In this document: one piece after another, positions 54,661-60,502 of the stretch
How positions within the stretch are numbered: the stretch's first letter is position 1
Layout: every line of letters starts with the position of its first letter
Assembly: GCA_041178085.1 (NCBI GenBank)
Contig: JBEGVZ010000075.1
Span: 1-60,502 of the forward strand
Source: Pseudomonadota bacterium
GTDB lineage: Bacteria; Bdellovibrionota_B; Oligoflexia; Oligoflexales; RGVZ01
Direction of reading: 5' to 3'
DNA length: 60,502 nt
Program-made: the position numbers and the translations under genes
The notes under the pieces: model-generated
What the model was told of the DNA's origin: nothing
Database searches by the model: none
Seen by the model: only the letters and a program-made list of their open reading frames with translations

Positions 54661-55341
54661 TCAGCGTTTCCGCAGCATCATGATTCCATCTGCAACATTT
54701 ACCAGGGTGGCTTCCACCCTGCGGTCTTTTGCCACAGTTTCATTGAATTTACGGATCGCGGCCGTTTGTTTGTCGTCAGCACCTGCCCTTACGACTTCTC
54801 CCGACCATAAGGTGTTATCAGCGAGGATGACTCCGCCGCTGCGGACAAGGCGAAGGCATGCCTCGAAGTAGTCAAGCATGGGTGCCTTGTCGGCATCGAT
54901 AAATGCCAGGTCGAAGGACCCGGGTCCCCATTGGGACTCGAGTTTCGCGAGTTCCTGCAGGCCGTCTCCAGTCACGGGCCTGATTTTTCCTGATTGGCCC
55001 GTGCGAACAAAATAGCGATTTGCCACCTCCATGGTCCGCGCATCCTTGTCGATCGTGAACAAGACGCCGTCAGCTGGCAGTGCAGCCGCCACTGCGATGG
55101 CGGAATAACCGGTGAAACAGCCAATCTCGACGCAGCGGCGAGCGCCCGCGATCCTGGCAATGGTGTACATGAAAGAGCCTTGTTCAGCGGCGATCTGCAT
55201 TTCGCTGCCACTCATGCCGGCGGTCTCCCGACGCAGGTCTGCAAGCGCGAGTACTTCGCCGGGCAGCAGGGCGCAATCCAGCGCCGTACTGTGTTTCGCC
55301 AGGTATTGGGCCAGTTTTTCAGTTGCAGGTACCAGTTTCAT
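54661..55341 (-). CDS. SAM-dependent O-methyltransferase (caffeoyl-CoA OMT/TrmR-like)
   Basis: MQI..EQG, EIGCFTGYS, FDLAFIDADK, DNTLWSG; ATGA overlap with the upstream stop. Confidence 0.92.
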   Translation of the reverse strand: MKLVPATEKLAQYLAKHSTALDCALLPGEVLALADLRRETAGMSGSEMQIAAEQGSFMYTIARIAGARRCVEIGCFTGYSAIAVAAALPADGVLFTIDKDARTMEVANRYFVRTGQSGKIRPVTGDGLQELAKLESQWGPGSFDLAFIDADKAPMLDYFEACLRLVRSGGVILADNTLWSGEVVRAGADDKQTAAIRKFNETVAKDRRVEATLVNVADGIMMLRKR

Positions 55342-57533
55342 GAGGCCTCCTTGACAGGTTTGCAAAGCAGGTCGATCGCTGCTTCATCAGTCCGGAATTT
55401 GATTTCGTCATTCAAAGTAGCACGTGCCTGAGCGGGGGATATCACCTTGAGGTATTCCATCCGCGCGATCAGGTCGTTCATCAAACCTGTAAAATTCGGA
55501 GTTGGCTTCATATGGCGGCAGAAGGCCTCCACGCGAGGCAGCGGTGCTGGCAGAAGGTTCGCCAGGAAGACGCTTTCCTTAAGGGTTAATTGCGCGGGTG
55601 TTTTGCCAAAAAAAGACTGCGCAGCTTCGGTCACACCGAAGACATTTGGGCCCATTTCCACCAGGTTGACGTAAAGTTCAAGGACGCGTGACCTGGGCAG
55701 CGAGTTGCCAAGATGCCAGGCCAGGAACAGTTCTTGAATCTTGCGACTCGCAGTGCGTTCCTGGCTGAGCATGAGGTTCTTGACCAGTTGCATGGTGATC
55801 GTGGAACCCCCACGGGCCAGCTTGCGCTCGGTGAGATTGTCACGGAGTGCATCGACAAATCCTGCGGGTTCGATCCCGTGATGGGACCAGAATCCGGCAT
55901 CCTCCGCAGCCACGATGGCTTTCAAGAAGGCTGGGCTGACCGCATCAATCGGTGTCCACGATGCATTGTCCGGTGACAGAGTGATTTCGCGAACCGGCAT
56001 GCCGCGGGAAGAACGGACCACCTTGACGGGGCCGGTGTAATTGCTGGCCGCATATTCGAATGGCTCCTGTTCAACCGCGCAGCTGAATTCGGGATGGGTC
56101 AGGCGACCCTTGAATTCTTCCGGGCGCCCGGCAGGCCACTCAACCGAGAGCATCCCCATGAAGTCTCCGCCCAGCTGAAACTTGCGCAGCGCAGGTGCAA
56201 GGGACTGTGGCAGTATGTCGACCAGTGCCTGACAAGGTGTCCTGGCAACGAAGGCCTTGAACCCCCACTGGTCGCTCGCTGGCAAGACAGGTCCGGGAAA
56301 GTGCGCCATCAGGAGGCGCTGTATGGATCGCGGCGTGTGAATGCCACCCTTCGCCTGGAAGCTCACAATGATCGCTGGTTCTGTGCCGGCATCGACAGCG
56401 AAGTCGTGGTGTGAGCGTTGGGCCATGCCACTGGCCAGGGGTTCAAAATCAACTGGCGCGGGCAATTCGACGCGCCCGTGGTCGATGATCAGTTCACCGC
56501 GTGCAGGTTCAAACGTTCCGGAGACTTCAGTCGTCAGGCGGACAGGGCCGATCGTTCCCGGTGCAAGTATCTTGCTTTGAACATACAAGTCACTGACCTT
56601 GGCGCTGCTCGCAAAACTGATCATCTTCTCGCCCAGGCGCTTGAAGGTCGCGTTGGCCTGGAAGGTGGTGTCTGCGGAGGGTATCACAATGCCGCGGGTC
56701 ATCGTTGCGATCATCCTTGGCATGTGATTGCCCTGGATCTCAGCAGTCATCTCGCGGCCGTCAAGCCTGGACAGCGTGCGAATATACCAGGCACCTTTGT
56801 CCATGCCCATGCTGTGATGGGGGCCTTTTATAGCAGTGAATTCAAACACACCGGTTTGATTCCATACCCGCATGTGTCCGCTCAGCATGGATTCTTCCAT
56901 CATGCCGGCCAGCAGCAGGCGACGTGCGTGATAGTGGATGCGCGGTTTGCGCCGGTCGATCCGGACATGGAAACCGGACGCCCTCAAGACTGTCTCGCGG
57001 GTTCCAGGGATGAATTCGCCCTTGTTGCCGGGGCGGGCGGTGACAATCAAAAGTTCTTCGATATCGAACGTCACCCTGCGAGGCAGGAACCATGCCCACG
57101 CTTTGCCAGCGATACCGGTCTCACGACTGGTCGTGTCACCAAATTCCCTGACGATGTTTTTCAGTGCGGGTTCGATCTTCCGCAGCAAGTCCACCGTTTC
57201 CAGCGGGTTCTCGGCTTCTTCCCGGTGATTGGTGGTGGCCTGCGTTGTGCGTCCTGATGCCGGGATAGTAATTTCGACGGAGTCAAGTTTCAAGCCGCCG
57301 AACCCGGCCTTGAATCCTTCACTCCGGACGCGCACGCCAATCGATCGTTCGATTGCATTCAGTCGCTGCCCGATTTTGATCGCCGCGCGCCGGGCCAGAG
57401 CGGCCTCCAGGAACTTGAAGGTAAAGAAGAGGGAAACGGCCAGGGCCAGTCCAGCGCCGCCGAGCAGCAGCCTGCGCGGGATACGTTGGACAGGATTTCG
57501 GGGGCCGAGCTTCAAGGCATGACTCTCCGTCAA
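55338..57533 (-). CDS. Monofunctional peptidoglycan transglycosylase (GT51) with large N-terminal beta-rich domain
   Basis: AAEDAGF..H.G, RGGSTITMQL.KNL, RKIQE, LELYVN.VE.G..VFG..AA..FFGK; no transpeptidase domain. Confidence 0.87.
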   Translation of the reverse strand: MTESHALKLGPRNPVQRIPRRLLLGGAGLALAVSLFFTFKFLEAALARRAAIKIGQRLNAIERSIGVRVRSEGFKAGFGGLKLDSVEITIPASGRTTQATTNHREEAENPLETVDLLRKIEPALKNIVREFGDTTSRETGIAGKAWAWFLPRRVTFDIEELLIVTARPGNKGEFIPGTRETVLRASGFHVRIDRRKPRIHYHARRLLLAGMMEESMLSGHMRVWNQTGVFEFTAIKGPHHSMGMDKGAWYIRTLSRLDGREMTAEIQGNHMPRMIATMTRGIVIPSADTTFQANATFKRLGEKMISFASSAKVSDLYVQSKILAPGTIGPVRLTTEVSGTFEPARGELIIDHGRVELPAPVDFEPLASGMAQRSHHDFAVDAGTEPAIIVSFQAKGGIHTPRSIQRLLMAHFPGPVLPASDQWGFKAFVARTPCQALVDILPQSLAPALRKFQLGGDFMGMLSVEWPAGRPEEFKGRLTHPEFSCAVEQEPFEYAASNYTGPVKVVRSSRGMPVREITLSPDNASWTPIDAVSPAFLKAIVAAEDAGFWSHHGIEPAGFVDALRDNLTERKLARGGSTITMQLVKNLMLSQERTASRKIQELFLAWHLGNSLPRSRVLELYVNLVEMGPNVFGVTEAAQSFFGKTPAQLTLKESVFLANLLPAPLPRVEAFCRHMKPTPNFTGLMNDLIARMEYLKVISPAQARATLNDEIKFRTDEAAIDLLCKPVKEAS

Positions 57534-57988
57534 AACGGTTTGAACACCACGAGTGCTGTGATGATCAACATCAATAGCGTGGGGACTTCGTTCAGAATCC
57601 GGAGGTTGCGCGAAGGGGGCAAGGATCCTGGTTCCGCGGCCCCGGCTTTGTGGATCTGACCCGCATAAAGCGTGGCGCCAATCAGCCCAAAAACAACCAG
57701 GAATTTGATGGTGAACCAGCCCGTCCGGGCAAGGTCCGGGGCGACGGCTACCATCGCCAGTCCAGCCGTCACGGCGGTCAGCATGGCTGGGATGGTGATG
57801 TATCGGTACAGCCTCATTTCCATCAGGGTCATCAAGTCATGCACTGTCCGGTCAGTGCGCCCGCGCTCACTGTGATAGACGAAGAGGCGGTAAAGGTACA
57901 GGATGCCCGCCATCCAAGCGATGACCGCCACGATGTGGAGCCATTTCCAGAACAGGTATGTTTGCGACAGGCTGGACATCGAGATCAC
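57530..57988 (-). CDS. hemJ: Protoporphyrinogen oxidase HemJ (CopD-like family)
   Basis: K.LHIVAVIAWMAG..YL.RLFVYH, ME.RLY..I..PAM, W...K, R..NEVPT, V.KPF. Confidence 0.9.
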   Translation of the reverse strand: MISMSSLSQTYLFWKWLHIVAVIAWMAGILYLYRLFVYHSERGRTDRTVHDLMTLMEMRLYRYITIPAMLTAVTAGLAMVAVAPDLARTGWFTIKFLVVFGLIGATLYAGQIHKAGAAEPGSLPPSRNLRILNEVPTLLMLIITALVVFKPF

Positions 57989-58003
57989 CGTATTGGTTTC
58001 ACC

Positions 58004-60457
58004 TTAAGAAACAACAAAGTTGACGATCTTGCCAGGCACGTAGATCTCCTTGCGGATCTGCTTGCCTTCCATGTGGCGCTTGACGCCATCCAGGGCTTTG
58101 GCTGCAGCCAGCACATCGGCCTGGCTTGCATCCTTCGCAACTTCGATCGTGCCGCGCATCTTGCCATTCACACTGATCGACAAGGTGACGGTGTTCACTT
58201 CGCAAAGGGCCGGGTCGAACTTCGGCCACGGCTCGTAGGCGAGTGACTTTTTGTTGCCAAGTTTCTCCCAGAGTTCCTCGCCCATGTGCGGGGCGTAGGC
58301 GGAAAGCATCATGGTCATCGCCGATGCCGAGTTGCGGGAGATGGCCGTCTCTTTGTAAGCGGCGTTGACGAGTTCCATCATCGCGGCGATGGCGGTGTTG
58401 AAACGCATTCCCTCTGTGTCTTCCGTGACTTTTTGGATCGTGCGGTGGAGTGTGCGCTGGAAGACGTCGCTGTCGGCGGTCGCCTGGACTTGTTGGTTCA
58501 GGGTTCCATCGTCGTTGACAAAAAGTTTCCATAAGCGGCGCAGGAATCGGTGGCAGCCGACAATACCGGAAGTCTGCCAGGGTTTCGTCGCTTCGAGCGG
58601 CCCCATGAACATTTCATAGAGGCGCAGGGAATCGGCGCCCCATTCTCGGACAATATCGTCCGGGTTGACGACGTTACCGCGGCTCTTGGACATCTTCTCG
58701 CCGTTTTCGCCGAGGATCATGCCCTGATTGACAAGGCGCTGGAACGGTTCCTTGGTAGAGACCAGTCCGCAGTCGTAAAGCACTTTGTGCCAGAAGCGTG
58801 CGTAGAGAAGGTGCAACACGGCGTGTTCAACGCCGCCAACGTAGAGGTCAACAGGCATCCAGTATTTCTCTGCCGACTTGCCCCACGCTTCGTGATCGTT
58901 GCGCGGGTCGATGTAGCGCAGGTAGTACCAGCAACTGCCTGCCCATTGGGGCATTGTGTTGGTTTCACGGCGGAGGGTTTTCCCGCCCTTTTTATAATCC
59001 AACCATGCAGTCGCACGCGCTAAGGGCGATTCGCCAGTCCCCGATGGCTTGAAGTCATCCAAGTCAGGGAGCAGCACGGGAAGTTCGGATTCGTCCATGG
59101 CGACGACGTTGCCTTCGTTGTCGTGGGCAAGGGGGAAGGGTTCACCCCAGTAACGTTGGCGCGAAAACAACCAGTCACGCAGCTTGTACGTGACGGTCGG
59201 CTTGCCTAGTTTCTTCTCTTCCAGCCATTGGCCCATGCGCGCAATGGCGGCTGCTTTGTCCAGGCCGTCCAGGAAGCCTGAGTTGACCAGCTGGCCATCG
59301 CCGGTGTGAGCGGCTTTGGTTATATCTTCTTCTTCGCCGCCAGAGAGGACGCGCTTGATCGGGAGGTGGAATTTGCGCGCAAATTCGTGATCGCGTTCAT
59401 CGTGGCCTGGAACTGCCATGATGGCGCCGTGGCCGTAGGTCATCAGCACATAGTCGGCGATCCAAACAGGAATTTTTTCGCCGTTTGCGGGATTGATCGC
59501 GTAAGAACCCGTGAATACGCCGGTCTTTTCAGTTGCCAGCCCCGTGCGCTCAAGGTCGCTGCGGCGGCGTGTTTCCTCGACATAGGCCGACACTGCTTTG
59601 TTCTGCGCCTGGGTGGTAATTTTCTCAACCAGGGGATGCTCTGGGGCGAGCACACAAAATGTCGCGCCAAACAGCGTGTCAGGGCGTGTGGTGAATACCG
59701 TAAACGACGAAGCCGCGTCGCTGTCCGTATTGCCGGCGATCTTGAAAACGACTTCAGCGCCGACACTTTTGCCGATCCAGTTGCGCTGCATTTCCTTTAC
59801 GCTATCCGGCCAGTCGACCAGGTCGAGGTCTTCCAGCAGGCGCTCTGCGTAAGCGGTGATCTTCAGCACCCACTGGCGCATCGGCTTACGGATGACGGGG
59901 TGGCCGCCGCGTTCAGATTTGCCGTCGATGACTTCTTCGTTGGCAAGCACAGTGCCCAGGGCTGGGCACCAGTTGACGGGTTCGTGGGATTCGTAGGCAA
60001 GTCCGCGCTCGAACAGTTTCAGAAAAATCCACTGAGTCCATTTGTAATACTTCGGATCCGTCGTATCGACTTCCCGGTCCCAGTCATAGCTAAGTCCAAG
60101 GGACTGGATTTGCTCGCGGAAGCGGTTGACGTTTTTTGCGGTCGTTACCCGGGGGTGGGTCCCGGTGTTGATAGCGTGTTGTTCCGCCGGCAGGCCGAAG
60201 GCATCCCAGCCCATGGGGTGCAGGACGTTAAACCCGCGCATCCGTTTGAAGCGGGCGACGATGTCGGTCGCGGTGTAGCCTTCCGGGTGGCCGACGTGCA
60301 GCCCGTCACCGGACGGGTAGGGGAACATATCCAATATATAGTACTTGGGCTTGGCCGGGTCCGGCTGGGCGGGGGTCTTAAAGGTCTTGTTTTCGAGCCA
60401 GTGCTTTTGCCATTTTTTCTCAATGATTGAGAAAGGATAGCCTTGATTCTCTTCCAT
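58004..60457 (-). CDS. leuS: Leucine--tRNA ligase
   Basis: MFPYPSG..LHVGH, FTTRPDT editing domain, [22 protein letters not shown]. Confidence 0.98.
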   Translation of the reverse strand: MEENQGYPFSIIEKKWQKHWLENKTFKTPAQPDPAKPKYYILDMFPYPSGDGLHVGHPEGYTATDIVARFKRMRGFNVLHPMGWDAFGLPAEQHAINTGTHPRVTTAKNVNRFREQIQSLGLSYDWDREVDTTDPKYYKWTQWIFLKLFERGLAYESHEPVNWCPALGTVLANEEVIDGKSERGGHPVIRKPMRQWVLKITAYAERLLEDLDLVDWPDSVKEMQRNWIGKSVGAEVVFKIAGNTDSDAASSFTVFTTRPDTLFGATFCVLAPEHPLVEKITTQAQNKAVSAYVEETRRRSDLERTGLATEKTGVFTGSYAINPANGEKIPVWIADYVLMTYGHGAIMAVPGHDERDHEFARKFHLPIKRVLSGGEEEDITKAAHTGDGQLVNSGFLDGLDKAAAIARMGQWLEEKKLGKPTVTYKLRDWLFSRQRYWGEPFPLAHDNEGNVVAMDESELPVLLPDLDDFKPSGTGESPLARATAWLDYKKGGKTLRRETNTMPQWAGSCWYYLRYIDPRNDHEAWGKSAEKYWMPVDLYVGGVEHAVLHLLYARFWHKVLYDCGLVSTKEPFQRLVNQGMILGENGEKMSKSRGNVVNPDDIVREWGADSLRLYEMFMGPLEATKPWQTSGIVGCHRFLRRLWKLFVNDDGTLNQQVQATADSDVFQRTLHRTIQKVTEDTEGMRFNTAIAAMMELVNAAYKETAISRNSASAMTMMLSAYAPHMGEELWEKLGNKKSLAYEPWPKFDPALCEVNTVTLSISVNGKMRGTIEVAKDASQADVLAAAKALDGVKRHMEGKQIRKEIYVPGKIVNFVVS

Positions 60458-60502
60458 GCCGGTCCCCTGCCTGATAGTGCGTCGTTTCGCGGGTTCTCGA
60501 AC

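Overview
A gene-dense 60.5 kb bacterial chromosomal segment of moderately high GC. The gene style (many secreted hypothetical proteins, MshEN protein, GC-CTERM-like tail, sigma54 signalling) suggests Bdellovibrionota/Oligoflexia or a related deltaproteobacterial lineage; this is inference only. About 53 CDSs cover housekeeping (rarA, rocD, frmA/fghA, manC, yfgM-bamB, hemJ, leuS), transport, signalling and secreted hydrolases. I found no rRNA, tRNA, CRISPR array or transposase. Four items stand out. (1) A secreted Cys/Asp-rich metallothionein-like protein (34 Cys in its last 93 aa) follows a secreted Cys-cluster leader ending in E-R-P-P-R, whose codons can pair with the downstream Shine-Dalgarno: a candidate metal-sensing ribosome-stalling switch. 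(2) An unannotated ~120-nt RNA (38542-38661) has a 15-bp closing stem that starts where an upstream sigma54 promoter predicts. (3) A general-stress gene cluster (~18.8-30.7 kb) has sigma54 -24/-12 promoters in front of most units, around a kinase-Hpt-bEBP phosphorelay. (4) An AT-rich intergenic element carries an IHF consensus and two opposed DnaA boxes. All calls come from reading motifs by eye; no searches or folding programs were run.
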